From positions 85-64,084 of the forward strand of contig REDJ01000137.1 in the NCBI GenBank assembly GCA_007693555.1: DNA of 64,000 nucleotides. Reading direction: 5' to 3'. This document shows positions 47,262-57,380 of this stretch, piece after piece. How positions within the stretch are numbered: the first letter of the stretch is position 1; every line of letters starts with the position of its first letter. The translations under genes and the position numbers were made by a program. The DNA comes from Bacteroidota bacterium. GTDB taxonomy: Bacteria > Bacteroidota > Bacteroidia > Bacteroidales > UBA7960. The notes beneath the pieces are model-generated. The model had not been told where the DNA came from. It did not search any database and saw only the letters and a list, made by a program, of their open reading frames with translations.

Positions 47262-48614
47262 TTACAACTCGCTCTCATACCACCACCTTGATGCATTCAT
47301 TACTTTGTATCCGTCCTGGGTTCCAAAGTCCTCAATGTTCAATAGGTGGTTTACAGCATCATTGTAATTTGTAAACCTTGAATCGTAATGGGTTTCTGCC
47401 CGGATGTGTAAATCATAACTGAAAAAATTCCTGTAAAAATCATTATCGGGTATGATTTCAAGTAATTTTTCGGGAAAGGTAAAAGCATAGAAATAGTCAA
47501 AGCCCGGGGCTACCATATTCCAGCGTCTTTCGTCGAGCGTATTGTCTATGGAGGCCAATTTTAAAGTTACATAACTGTAATCATTGGATGAATGAGTTAT
47601 TTGCGGAAAATCGCCGGGAGTATGATCAGGGCTCAAAGAAAAATCAACTTCAGGCAAAAGGTAGTTGTTAACCACTTGCGGTTGGTTTCTGTAAGAGACA
47701 CTCTTTATTGCCTGCATTTCAGGCAATCCCTTGGATAGGTTAGTGTCGAAAGTGGTCAGTCCAGGAATATCATCCGGTATAAATACATCTATGGTGTTGC
47801 CCGGGAAGATGGAGGGGTTGCTCAAGGAGAATAGTCCTAATCTTCCTGTATATCCCCCATAATAATTTACTATTTCTCCATAGCCATAGACAGATATTCT
47901 ATCGAGAAAATCAGGATTCTTGGGGAAGGAATACTTTTTCATATTGCTGTTGAGCTCTGCCAGTGAGATGGTATATTCGCTCACATTGGGTAATTCTATC
48001 ATCTTGTAAGCGGCGTTATCGCCTTGCTGCAGGCAAACATAAAACGTGCTGCCCACCGGAGGAGTGTTACCTCCTATATTGGCGCAGGGTACTTCCAGCG
48101 TAGAAAGCGTATGGCAATGCCCGGGATAGATTGCCGTACGGGTAGCAACGTCAAAATCGGGAATATCCGAAAAGCTGATTTCCACTGTGGTGTTGTTTTC
48201 AGTCTTTTCTGAATGGCTGTTTATCATTGGGAAGTTTCCTGTTCCGGAAGTTATATGAATTTCTTTACCCGGTACAATGGCAAAATAGCTGCTCGCCTGA
48301 GCCACATCTTCAAAGAAGTGGTAAAAAAAATGGAGATTAAAGGTCTCTCCGCGAATACTATCTCCCCGTTGAATGTAATAGGATTCTCTGCCTTCCAGTT
48401 CCAGGTAAACCGGGTTTGTTTCCTTGTTCTCAATTATAACAAAAGTGTTATCAAAAAAGATTTCCGGCAAATGGATGGTTAAGATAACTTCCTCCGGGTC
48501 GTAGGGGTTGGTATCGTTTTTTGAGCAGCTCATGGTGAATAACAGAGCAAGGATTGTAAATAACAAATAAATTGTTTTCATGATAGATGGATTTAAAGGA
48601 AATACATTACGCAA
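47262..48614 (-). CDS. Hypothetical lipoprotein
   Basis: 450-aa ORF. The probable true start is the internal Met (MKTIYLLFTILALLFTMSC) with lipobox Cys. No family recognised. Confidence 0.6.
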   Translation of the reverse strand: MRNVFPLNPSIMKTIYLLFTILALLFTMSCSKNDTNPYDPEEVILTIHLPEIFFDNTFVIIENKETNPVYLELEGRESYYIQRGDSIRGETFNLHFFYHFFEDVAQASSYFAIVPGKEIHITSGTGNFPMINSHSEKTENNTTVEISFSDIPDFDVATRTAIYPGHCHTLSTLEVPCANIGGNTPPVGSTFYVCLQQGDNAAYKMIELPNVSEYTISLAELNSNMKKYSFPKNPDFLDRISVYGYGEIVNYYGGYTGRLGLFSLSNPSIFPGNTIDVFIPDDIPGLTTFDTNLSKGLPEMQAIKSVSYRNQPQVVNNYLLPEVDFSLSPDHTPGDFPQITHSSNDYSYVTLKLASIDNTLDERRWNMVAPGFDYFYAFTFPEKLLEIIPDNDFYRNFFSYDLHIRAETHYDSRFTNYNDAVNHLLNIEDFGTQDGYKVMNASRWWYESEL

Positions 48615-48779
48615 ATATCGATAATTTTTGAATCAAAAAGTACGAAAAAGGTTTTTGTTTTCTATCAGGTGGGCCTGTTTCTCTCTGAAGTCAGAGATGT
48701 AAAGGTTATTTAAAAGATTCGATGCAAGTATGAAGTTATAATAACAATAGAGTGCGCCAGGGTAATACAAAACAATAGG

Positions 48780-48787
48780 TATATTTG
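48780..48787 (+). promoter_or_regulatory. Bacteroidota -7 promoter box TATATTTG
   Basis: TAnnTTTG match just upstream of the small ORF at 48804/48816/48864. Confidence 0.35.
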
Positions 48788-48803
48788 CCGACTCGCACTG
48801 CTG

Positions 48804-49073
48804 TTGGGATTTACAATGATTATTTCTGCAAAAAACCCTACATTAGCAGTAAATCTACATCTCATGAAAAAGAAACCCGTAAACATAACCATTGTAGATG
48901 ATTCGGGTAAGGTGGTTGAAATACCCTTAACCCTTGCAAATGATAACTGGATGCGGGCAGCGCGCCTGGCAAGGAAGGCAAAAGAAGGTGACAAAAAAGC
49001 TGAGGAAGAACTCAGGCAAATGCAGAATACTCAGATGATGGAACCTGAATATGATAAAAGGGAAAAAGAGTGA
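48804..49073 (+). CDS. Small hypothetical protein, Lys/Glu-rich C-terminus
   Basis: 89-aa track ORF with a TTG start. The ATGs at 48816 or 48864 (MKKKPVNITIVDDSGKVV) are likelier. No family recognised. Confidence 0.4.
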   Translation: MGFTMIISAKNPTLAVNLHLMKKKPVNITIVDDSGKVVEIPLTLANDNWMRAARLARKAKEGDKKAEEELRQMQNTQMMEPEYDKREKE

Positions 49074-49255
49074 AAAGACTTCTTTCCCGCTGCTGCCCAA
49101 TCATTGAATTTACATCCGGCATGTTTTATTAAGTATATTTCTTCCTTACTGGTTTATAGATTTTATTCCCGAATGCGCTAAAGTAATCGCAAAGTCAAAT
49201 GGAATACCTTGTGTAATTTTAAAAAAAATATTCAAAAACAACAGCAAAGTACCTT

Positions 49256-50083
49256 ATGAGCCGCAATGACAATGAGTGCGTGAAATTTTTACAATGGGCA
49301 CTACCCCGGATGCAAATGCGATGGACGGGCTTCCGTAAGGTCAGGCGGCAGGTGTGCCGGCGCATAGAAAAACGCATGATGGAACTGGGGCTTTCAGGAT
49401 ACCATGCTTATGGCAATTACCTCGATTCAAACCCTGATGAATGGGAAGTGCTGGATACCATGACCCATATAAGTATTTCGAGGTTTTTCAGAGATCAGAA
49501 TTCGTGGGAGATACTCCAGCGCGAGTTGCTGCCACAACTGGCTTTGCGGGCAAAGAAAGAAAACCGCCCGCTGCGATGCTGGTCGGCAGCTTGTGCTTCC
49601 GGTGAAGAGCCTTACAGTATGGTATTGCTGTGGTACTATCACGTACTGCCAAATCTTCCCGGACTACAGTTGCAACTGCTTGCAACCGATGCCGATGAAC
49701 ATATGCTGGAACGGGCCCGAAAAGCATGTTATCCGGAAGGGAATGTGAAGCATTGCCCAGGTGAATGGCTCGAAAAATCATTCATTCAGCAAGATGGGAA
49801 ATATTGTCTGAAGTCTCCTTTTCTTGACAATGTAGAATTTCTGAAGCAGGATATAAGGAAAGAAATGCCCGATGGTCCCTTCGATTTGGTATTTTGTAAA
49901 AACCTGGCAGGTATGTATTTTAACGAAGACCTGGCTTTGCGTGTATTTGAAAAAATATGCGGTCGTATCAGGCCCGGTGGTTTTTTGCTGCTGGGAAATC
50001 ATGAGCCTTTTCCTGTCAATAAACTGAACCGGATGGAAGTATTTAACCGCGGCCAGAACATTTACAGGAAAATTGATGAATAA
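49256..50083 (+). CDS. CheR-type protein-glutamate O-methyltransferase family protein
   Basis: 275 aa. CheR-like N-terminal helix bundle (ISISRFFRD) and SAM-binding core CWSAACASGEEPYSMVL. Confidence 0.75.
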   Translation: MSRNDNECVKFLQWALPRMQMRWTGFRKVRRQVCRRIEKRMMELGLSGYHAYGNYLDSNPDEWEVLDTMTHISISRFFRDQNSWEILQRELLPQLALRAKKENRPLRCWSAACASGEEPYSMVLLWYYHVLPNLPGLQLQLLATDADEHMLERARKACYPEGNVKHCPGEWLEKSFIQQDGKYCLKSPFLDNVEFLKQDIRKEMPDGPFDLVFCKNLAGMYFNEDLALRVFEKICGRIRPGGFLLLGNHEPFPVNKLNRMEVFNRGQNIYRKIDE

Positions 50084-50087
50084 TTTA

Positions 50088-50669
50088 TCACACAAGATCG
50101 CATGCTTCAGGCGGCATCCATTTGGCATCTTTGCCTTCCCATTTGATGTTGCAGCCAATGGGATTAGTAAGGGGTGTGCTTACAGGTTTACCTGACAAAT
50201 GCTCATCAAGAGCTTTTTCCAGGTCAAATACTGTTGATTTTGAAGCTTCGCGAGGATTATCCAGCGCTCTTCCGGTGTAAATGAGTTTACGATCTTTATC
50301 AAATATGTAGAAATGAGGAGTCTTTAATGCACCATAGGCATAGGCTGTTTCCTGGCTCTCATCGTAAAGGTAAAGCCAGGGAAATTTGTTAAGCTCCATT
50401 CGTTTTATCATGTCGGGGAAACTGTCTTCAGGATAAGTATTCTTGCTGTTGGAGTTGATAGCCATAAATTTCACCCCTTTCTCCTGGTACTTCAGAACGG
50501 TTTGCCTGGTAGATTCATCGCTGCCAATAACATACGGGCAGTGATTACATGTAAAAAAAATCACGAGAACAGGTGCTTCATCAAAATAACTCAATCGATA
50601 AGTCTTTCCATCGGTAGCCGGTAATTTAAAATCCGGTGCCTTTTCTCCAATATTCAATGTGTATGCCAT
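50088..50669 (-). CDS. Thioredoxin-fold (AhpC/TSA-redoxin-like) thiol-disulfide oxidoreductase
   Basis: 193 aa with the CxxC-type motif FTCNHCPYV. Confidence 0.75.
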   Translation of the reverse strand: MAYTLNIGEKAPDFKLPATDGKTYRLSYFDEAPVLVIFFTCNHCPYVIGSDESTRQTVLKYQEKGVKFMAINSNSKNTYPEDSFPDMIKRMELNKFPWLYLYDESQETAYAYGALKTPHFYIFDKDRKLIYTGRALDNPREASKSTVFDLEKALDEHLSGKPVSTPLTNPIGCNIKWEGKDAKWMPPEACDLV

Positions 50670-50999
50670 ATAACTTTTTTATTTTAAAGTTAAGGATAAT
50701 TTTTCAGATAGGATAATCCAAAGCAGGGTATAATAATAATTGGAATTTTATACCGCGATACTTTCTGCCTGTATGCTCAAACGCAGTTAGAAGTAAGTAT
50801 TTCATAAATATGAACCCATATCTTTTGCACCATGTTGATAATAATTTATTTTTCTTTAGTTACAAAATGAAACACGGAAAACGCTGATTTTTAAACGCAG
50901 ATTAAATTGATTAAAATCTGTGGCAATCTGCGGTGCCTCGCATCAGCGTTATCTGCGTTCTTACAATAAAATGTTCAAGAAAAAATCAGATAATATTTA

Positions 51000-51007
51000 T
51001 ATATTTG
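51000..51007 (+). promoter_or_regulatory. Bacteroidota -7 promoter box TATATTTG
   Basis: TAnnTTTG match ending 5 nt before the ATG at 51013. This implies a very short or absent leader. Confidence 0.35.
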
Positions 51008-51012
51008 CATAT

Positions 51013-51279
51013 ATGAATACAAGACCGGAAATAAAATTCAAAAAGCTTGAGATAGCCCCTGAAAGCAAGGGAATAGGTAAGTTTATTAAATCGCAACATC
51101 TGAGAAAATCTCTCATTTACATTTTAATTGGTGCATTGGCCGGCTTTGGTTTTTTTTATTTTACCGAAGCACAGCAGATGCATGCATGGGCATTAAGTGA
51201 TTCATTAAGCAGTATATTTATCGGAGCTTTCCTTGGCTTTTTTATCACCAACAGTCCCTGCGCCCGCAATCGTTGTTGA
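51013..51279 (+). CDS. Small hypothetical two-TM protein
   Basis: 88 aa from the ATG at 51013 (MNTRPEIKFKK...). Two hydrophobic helices and a C-terminal SPCARNRC. The track's GTG start at 50920 runs through the promoter and repeat region, so I reject it. Confidence 0.45.
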   Translation: MNTRPEIKFKKLEIAPESKGIGKFIKSQHLRKSLIYILIGALAGFGFFYFTEAQQMHAWALSDSLSSIFIGAFLGFFITNSPCARNRC

Positions 51280-51356
51280 TTTGCTCATAACAATTCATTA
51301 GATATGGTTACTCTACTAATCAATCTTCGTTTTCCGGTCTAAGGTCCACTTATTCC

Positions 51357-51427
<71 letters not shown>

Positions 51428-51476
51428 TTTTTCTTTTTACCTTTGGTTATTCTCAAATTCATTAATTCTTTAAACA

Positions 51477-51962
51477 ATGAATTCAGCCCGTTTCATACTG
51501 GATGTACACCTTGGTAAACTGGCAAGACTTCTTCGTATGGCGGGCTTTGATACTTTGTACCGCAATAATCTGGATGATCCTGAAATCATTCAGATTGCCG
51601 AGGAGGAAGACAGGATTGTACTCACCCGCGACAGGGGTATCCTGAAAAACAAAAGGGTTAAGCGTGGACATTTTGTTAAATCACCTTATGCCAAAGAACA
51701 GCTGAGAGAGGTGATTGATGTATTTCAATTGAAAAACAACATTCATTTCCTGAGTCGCTGTATAGCCTGCAATGGCAACATTGAAGAAGTAAGAAAGGAA
51801 GAAATTGAAAAAGAACTTAAGCCAGGCACCATGCAGTATTTTCATGAATTTTTCCGTTGCCAGGATTGCGGTAAGATTTACTGGGAAGGTTCGCACTTTG
51901 ATCGTATGATGCATTTTTATGAGGAAATGAAACAGGATCTCGGAATTAACCGCAATGAGTAA
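51477..51962 (+). CDS. Mut7-C RNase domain (DUF82, PIN-like plus zinc ribbon) protein
   Basis: 161 aa. N-terminus FILDVHLGKLARLLRMAGFD, C-terminal Cys pairs CIACNG ... CQDCGKIYWEGSH. Confidence 0.75.
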   Translation: MNSARFILDVHLGKLARLLRMAGFDTLYRNNLDDPEIIQIAEEEDRIVLTRDRGILKNKRVKRGHFVKSPYAKEQLREVIDVFQLKNNIHFLSRCIACNGNIEEVRKEEIEKELKPGTMQYFHEFFRCQDCGKIYWEGSHFDRMMHFYEEMKQDLGINRNE

Positions 51963-52083
51963 AATTCAATAAAAACATTTCCGGCACCTTTGTTTGATAT
52001 CCTTTGAGTAGTGTAGAATCAAAACTTTTATTAATAATTATAAAGAGAAAATTAAATTATACTGGGTTTAAGAATATAGTTTA

Positions 52084-53208
52084 TCAACTTGATTTTGTTT
52101 TACTCAGGTATTTTATTAAAAAATGTAATGCCAAACCTGCAATAAAAGCAATGGCAAAATTTGTCAGAAATGCTAAAACCGCTATAATAATCGTAAGAGG
52201 AAATGAGCTCGTTTTGAACGCATGTTTTCCCAATTCAAGGGCCACAAAAATCAAAAGTGCTCCAAATACGCCTGACGGGATAAGCAATATAAAATCGGGT
52301 CCCGAAAACCATAACGCCAAAGGCAACAGGATTAATCCACAGATTATATTTGATCCTCCTGTTCTGGCTCCAAATCTGTAGTGTGCTGCCAGGCCGCCTG
52401 CACCATGACACATAGGAAAGCCACCAAAGGGTGTTGACAGCAGATTCATAATCCCGGTGCTTTTTGCAAGTTTATCAGGAGTGACATTTTTCTGAAATAT
52501 ATCAAAATACAACAGGGATATTGCAAGAATAGCATTAGTAAGGGTAAGTGGGGCCTGGGGCAAAGCCACCCGCCAGGCTGAGGTGTAAAAATCCTGCAGG
52601 GAAGGTAAAATCAACAACGGGGCATCTATTAATTCTGCTTCAGGCAAACCATTTCGGACTATTCCGTAAACAACGCCAAAAGCAATTACCACTAAAGAGC
52701 CAATATTGGGAACCTTGCGATATTTGTTCAGTAAAAAGAACAATACAATTACTCCAATGCAAATCAATGCAATTATCAGATCCCATATAATAAATCCTAG
52801 GGATACTTTTATCAAAACAAGGGTTAAGCCCAGTTGTATGCCCCTGATGACACTTTGAGGAATATTTTTTTGCAGAAAGTTTAATCCTTTCAAATAACCC
52901 AGAATCAAAAACAATACTCCAAGGATTATCCCGGAAGCTGCAATTTGCTCATGCGACAGGTTTTCTGCAATTACAATTGCCCCTACTGCTTTCATAGGTT
53001 CTACCGGCATGGGAAGTTTAAAATACAAACCCGAAATAATATAAGCCAGTGATAAAAAGAGAAAAATATACCCTGCATTTACATCTGAAACAATAGCCAC
53101 ACCCAGTAATATCGGGAGCACTGTACCAAAATTTCCCACTGCACCGGCCAATTCTTCAAAGGTAAATCTGAAATTTTTTTGCTTTGGGGTTTCAGGCTTT
53201 TTAAGCAT
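52084..53208 (-). CDS. Putative sulfate/molybdate-type anion transporter (MOT1/SulP-related)
   Basis: 374 aa, about 10-11 TM. The PMCHGAGGLAAHYRFGARTG motif is recalled from this family; the assignment is from memory. Confidence 0.45.
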   Translation of the reverse strand: MLKKPETPKQKNFRFTFEELAGAVGNFGTVLPILLGVAIVSDVNAGYIFLFLSLAYIISGLYFKLPMPVEPMKAVGAIVIAENLSHEQIAASGIILGVLFLILGYLKGLNFLQKNIPQSVIRGIQLGLTLVLIKVSLGFIIWDLIIALICIGVIVLFFLLNKYRKVPNIGSLVVIAFGVVYGIVRNGLPEAELIDAPLLILPSLQDFYTSAWRVALPQAPLTLTNAILAISLLYFDIFQKNVTPDKLAKSTGIMNLLSTPFGGFPMCHGAGGLAAHYRFGARTGGSNIICGLILLPLALWFSGPDFILLIPSGVFGALLIFVALELGKHAFKTSSFPLTIIIAVLAFLTNFAIAFIAGLALHFLIKYLSKTKSS

Positions 53209-53296
53209 AAAGTTTTATCAAATTATTTTGGTTTCTATTTTTATGATTCCTGATGAGCTTTTACTGCATCATTTTTAACTTATTGTCCTGATATTT

Positions 53297-54775
53297 TCAT
53301 ATTGTATTTCCTGACTTTTCCTCAACAAAAAAATCATCTGAAAAGCCCATCAGATAAAGGTTTTTAGTAGCACGTGTAAGTGCGGTGTATAACCAGCGGT
53401 AATATTCAGTATCGGGTTTTTCAGATGGAATGTATCCCATTTCCACGAATACATTCTGCCATTGTCCACCTTGAGCCTTATGACATGTAAGCGCATAGGC
53501 AAATTTTACCTGAAGGGCATTGAGATAAGGATTCTTTTTTATTTTGGAAAGGCGCTTGCTTTTTAACGGTTCATCCAAATAGTCCTGGCTTATTTCCTCA
53601 AAGAGTTTTGCAGTTTGCTGATATGTAAATGCAGGGCCATCAATGCTTAGCGTATCCAGAAAAATTATTACATCCAGTTCTTCCTGATCCGGATAGTCGA
53701 TCAATTTAATGGTAACATGCGCGAAGCGAAACCCGTAAAGCTCTTCTATTCGCTGTATGCGCCTTACCTCCGCAATGTCGCCATTGGCAATAAACCCGGC
53801 TGCAGATTGTTCGGGCAGCCAGAAATAATTGTTTTTCACTATCATGAGCAAATCTCCGGCTGAAATTTCCTCCTCCTTAAAAAGAACTCTTTGGCGAATG
53901 TGCGTGTTGTAAAGGTTTGCACGTTTATTGCTCCGGCAAACCACAATGGTTTCTCCAAAGTTACGTGATGAAAAGGCATCATTGATATAATCCATGGTTT
54001 CAGTACCCTGCGCCCGTCTGATATCCCTGAAATTTTTGAGCGAAAATTTTATAAAACCCGGGGAGTCTTCCCCATTCTGAAGCCGGGAGCGCACAAGAGT
54101 TGCATTGTGAAGAATCCCGCTATCTGCCTCCTGCCTCACTACATCCCTGAGTTGAGCCGACCATATCTTAAAATGAAACAAACTTTTAAGATAAGGTATA
54201 TTAAGGGCCGGACTTTCTGTACTTCCCACCGGTGGCAATTGTGCTGTATCTCCTATGAGTATGAGCCTGCAATTTTCACCGCTGTATACATAAGAAATCA
54301 GATCGTTAAGAAGGTTGCCGGTGCCGAACAAAGAACTTTCTTCTGAAAGATTTTGATTTCCTATCATGGAAGCCTCATCTACGATAAAAAGCGTATTTAC
54401 ATGCTTGTTAGGAAGCAGTTTGAAAGCAAAATTCCCGTCTGCATCACCTGTTAGCCTGTAAATTTTCCTGTGGATGGTATATGCCGGTTTGCCTGAATAG
54501 GAACTGATAACTTTTGCAGCGCGCCCGGTTGGTGCCAGCAAAACACTATGGGCTTTAAGGGTGGGCAGCACATTTACAAGGTTGGAAACAACGGTGGTTT
54601 TCCCTGTACCTGCATAACCCTTAAGCACAAAAAGAGCATCCACCTGGGGGGCCAAAATAAAATCGGAAAGTTTTTCTACCAGGGAGTGCTGGTCCGTGGT
54701 AGGTTCGTAGGGAAAACTATCAAGAAAAATGTCGGTAAACTGCTGTGCATTCATCATAAAAAAACATCTTATCAC
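53297..54775 (-). CDS. RecD-like (SF1B) ATP-dependent DNA helicase
   Basis: 492 aa. Walker A GYAGTGKTT, Walker B LFIVDEASMI, C-terminal motif YALTCHKAQGGQW. Confidence 0.8.
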   Translation of the reverse strand: MIRCFFMMNAQQFTDIFLDSFPYEPTTDQHSLVEKLSDFILAPQVDALFVLKGYAGTGKTTVVSNLVNVLPTLKAHSVLLAPTGRAAKVISSYSGKPAYTIHRKIYRLTGDADGNFAFKLLPNKHVNTLFIVDEASMIGNQNLSEESSLFGTGNLLNDLISYVYSGENCRLILIGDTAQLPPVGSTESPALNIPYLKSLFHFKIWSAQLRDVVRQEADSGILHNATLVRSRLQNGEDSPGFIKFSLKNFRDIRRAQGTETMDYINDAFSSRNFGETIVVCRSNKRANLYNTHIRQRVLFKEEEISAGDLLMIVKNNYFWLPEQSAAGFIANGDIAEVRRIQRIEELYGFRFAHVTIKLIDYPDQEELDVIIFLDTLSIDGPAFTYQQTAKLFEEISQDYLDEPLKSKRLSKIKKNPYLNALQVKFAYALTCHKAQGGQWQNVFVEMGYIPSEKPDTEYYRWLYTALTRATKNLYLMGFSDDFFVEEKSGNTI

Positions 54776-54805
54776 TCACCTTATTCCCATTACAATTCAT
54801 TAGCA

Positions 54806-57334
54806 TCAGAAAGGATAACCGATACCCAGGTTAAAATTATAATCCTTGAACCGGGGCCATGAGGAAACCCATCTGTCACCTTGAATTTCGGAGGGGTCGC
54901 GCAGTTTCGTTGCAGCATCTATCCGAAGTACGAAGAAATTAAAGTCCATACGCAGACCTACACCTCCTCCCATGGCCAGATCACTAAGGAATTTATTGGG
55001 TTTAAACTCACCACCAGGAAAACGTTCATTTTGTCTTATAAACCAAACATTACCTGCATCCAGAAAGAATGCCCCATGCCAAAACCGGTAAACCCTAAAT
55101 CGGTATTCCAGGTTGGTTTCAAATATAACATCACCATAACGATCAAACCGACCTTCATCGGGGCTGCTATAACTACCCGGTCCCAGTGAGTAAATTTTCC
55201 ATGCCCTCAAACTGTTTGCACCTCCCCCATAATAACTTTTGATAAATGGCATAACCACCACATTGCCATATGGAATACCTACACCACCCATAGCCCGGAA
55301 TACCAGTGTCTGTATATCATCAAATACCCGGTAATACCTGAAGTCGGCATCTGCTTTAATATATTGGGAGTAAGGAATATTAAAAATATTGTAACTGCCC
55401 TCCTCATCCCTTTTCAGCTCAAAGGCATTGGCCACAGCACTCATGATATTTCCAGCCGATTCAAAATTTGTACGCAGATACATAAAATCACCTGTTTTAC
55501 CCAGCTCCTGTGTATTAAGCACATAGGCATGCTTGAGACCCAGGATAAAATGATCCCGGAAACGGCTCAGAATAAGAGGGTTGGCATCAGGAATATTGGC
55601 TCTAAGGATAGAATCATTATAAACCCTGATAGAGCTGATCTCCACTGGATTGATAAAATGGCGTTTCTGGGGTGTTTCATTCCATTCGAAACCATAACTG
55701 AAATTTAATACATAGCGTGTATAATCAGGCCTTTGTCTGAAGTTGATACCGGTAACAATGGTACTTTTGGGCCTGGCATTCCTGGAAAGTCTCTCTATGG
55801 AAAAAGGCAGGATCAGTTTGGGGAAATCAATTCCTGCTTCTACCCCCAGTTCCAGTGTATTGAAAGGGAGTCGTTGAAACACATCATCTGTCTGTTCTGT
55901 ACCGGTAACTTCCAATGCACCCTTAAACCTCAGGTTAAATATTTCCGCTCCACGGAAAATGTTACGGTTTTGATACAGTAAATTACTTGCAACACCCAGG
56001 TTACCCGCCGTATTCAATCCCTCTGCTTCAATGGTAAAAGCATTGGCTGGAGTACGATTAAGTTGCACTCTTGCATCCAGAAAACCCAGTGTATCGCTTG
56101 GTTCACCATGAACAGGCTCCGGATTTTCAGAAAAATGCAGGTTGATAAACCGGAAATTACGCATACCTGAAAGAAAGGAATAGGATTGCTCCACATCCCT
56201 GAGCCTGAAAAACTCTCCCGGACGAAGTATTATGTGATCTGACACAACTCTTGGTCTGATACGCAAGGGGCCGTTATGCGCAAAAATGTAATCATATGCC
56301 CTGTCTTCACTACCCAGAGAGCGTACAAACACAGTCGTATCTTCTCTGGGTATATCGGCCTGAAAAGGAGTGAAATCAGGTAAAATCATTACCCGGTCTA
56401 TTATATACCGCCGGTGCCTGAATTCAACTACTGAATCTCTGAAACCGGGTACCGGACGGAGGGGATTATTAACCAACAGCTCAATGTTCACCTGATTTGC
56501 ATTCAGATTACTGTCAACCTGGAAAAAGATAAAATCCCTGGTAAACTGATAAAAACCTTCGTTGCGCATTTGTCCGGTTATACGGTTTCTTTCGCTCTGC
56601 AATATATCTGCATCATATCGCTCGCCTCTCCTGATCAGTGTGTTAACCGTATCCGCAAGAAAAAATTCCCTGAGATACGGATCCTTTACAGTATAACTGA
56701 TATTATTGACAGTGTACGGCTGGTTTCCAATGATCCTGTATTTTATCAGGGCCTTTCTGTTTTCAAGGTTTTCAGCAAAGTCAACTTCTGCATTGAAATA
56801 TCCTTTTGACTTCATGTACAAATCGAACTGCCTGGCAGTGTTTTGAGCCAGGATGGGATCATATAACACAGGAGGTTCACCAATGGTATTTTTCATCCAG
56901 TTTTTAAAGCGCGTCTCCCGGCCCCTGTCAGCTAAATTATATACGCCCAGGTGAAACCGGAATACTCCAAGAATACGCCTGTTTGGCCTTTGCCTGAGGT
57001 AGGTATTCAATTCAGATCGCTGAATATCAGCATCCTCAATTTGTATGCGGTTGCGGTTTAGCAAATACTGGCCTTCAGGTAAACGGCGCGCAGGATTACA
57101 GGACGAAACAAGCCATGATACTACTAAGAAAAACAATATTTTCGGAAGGTGTTTTATCACTTTATGCCGGATAATGAATCTTGTGAAAGTTGAACTGTGC
57201 TCTAGACCTATTGCAAAAATATAACCATTTTGCAAATACAAGGCATTAGTAGGTATTAGTTTTGAAATAAATTTTTCAGTATTCTGCATAAAGTTGGCCG
57301 TATTTTTTTTGGCAGGGCAAAAGAGAAAGGCCAT
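54806..57334 (-). CDS. BamA/TamA (Omp85) family outer-membrane protein
   Basis: 842-aa track ORF. POTRA-like N-terminal part and a D15/surface-antigen beta-barrel ending in aromatic F. The probable true start is GTG at 57160 (V59), giving the lipoprotein-type signal IKHLPKILFFLVVSWLVSSC. A minus-strand TATTTTTG box lies inside the track ORF at 57214-57221. Confidence 0.8.
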   Translation of the reverse strand: MAFLFCPAKKNTANFMQNTEKFISKLIPTNALYLQNGYIFAIGLEHSSTFTRFIIRHKVIKHLPKILFFLVVSWLVSSCNPARRLPEGQYLLNRNRIQIEDADIQRSELNTYLRQRPNRRILGVFRFHLGVYNLADRGRETRFKNWMKNTIGEPPVLYDPILAQNTARQFDLYMKSKGYFNAEVDFAENLENRKALIKYRIIGNQPYTVNNISYTVKDPYLREFFLADTVNTLIRRGERYDADILQSERNRITGQMRNEGFYQFTRDFIFFQVDSNLNANQVNIELLVNNPLRPVPGFRDSVVEFRHRRYIIDRVMILPDFTPFQADIPREDTTVFVRSLGSEDRAYDYIFAHNGPLRIRPRVVSDHIILRPGEFFRLRDVEQSYSFLSGMRNFRFINLHFSENPEPVHGEPSDTLGFLDARVQLNRTPANAFTIEAEGLNTAGNLGVASNLLYQNRNIFRGAEIFNLRFKGALEVTGTEQTDDVFQRLPFNTLELGVEAGIDFPKLILPFSIERLSRNARPKSTIVTGINFRQRPDYTRYVLNFSYGFEWNETPQKRHFINPVEISSIRVYNDSILRANIPDANPLILSRFRDHFILGLKHAYVLNTQELGKTGDFMYLRTNFESAGNIMSAVANAFELKRDEEGSYNIFNIPYSQYIKADADFRYYRVFDDIQTLVFRAMGGVGIPYGNVVVMPFIKSYYGGGANSLRAWKIYSLGPGSYSSPDEGRFDRYGDVIFETNLEYRFRVYRFWHGAFFLDAGNVWFIRQNERFPGGEFKPNKFLSDLAMGGGVGLRMDFNFFVLRIDAATKLRDPSEIQGDRWVSSWPRFKDYNFNLGIGYPF

Positions 57335-57380
57335 ATCCTATAAAGGAGACAGCCTTTCCTGAAAAAATATCCAACCGGAT

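Noticed and set aside
50920-51012. The GTG start at 50920 for the small two-TM protein (119-aa form).
   Set aside because: The extension covers the 9-mer repeat cluster and the TATATTTG promoter box at 51000-51007. The ATG at 51013 directly follows the box and begins the hydrophobic protein.
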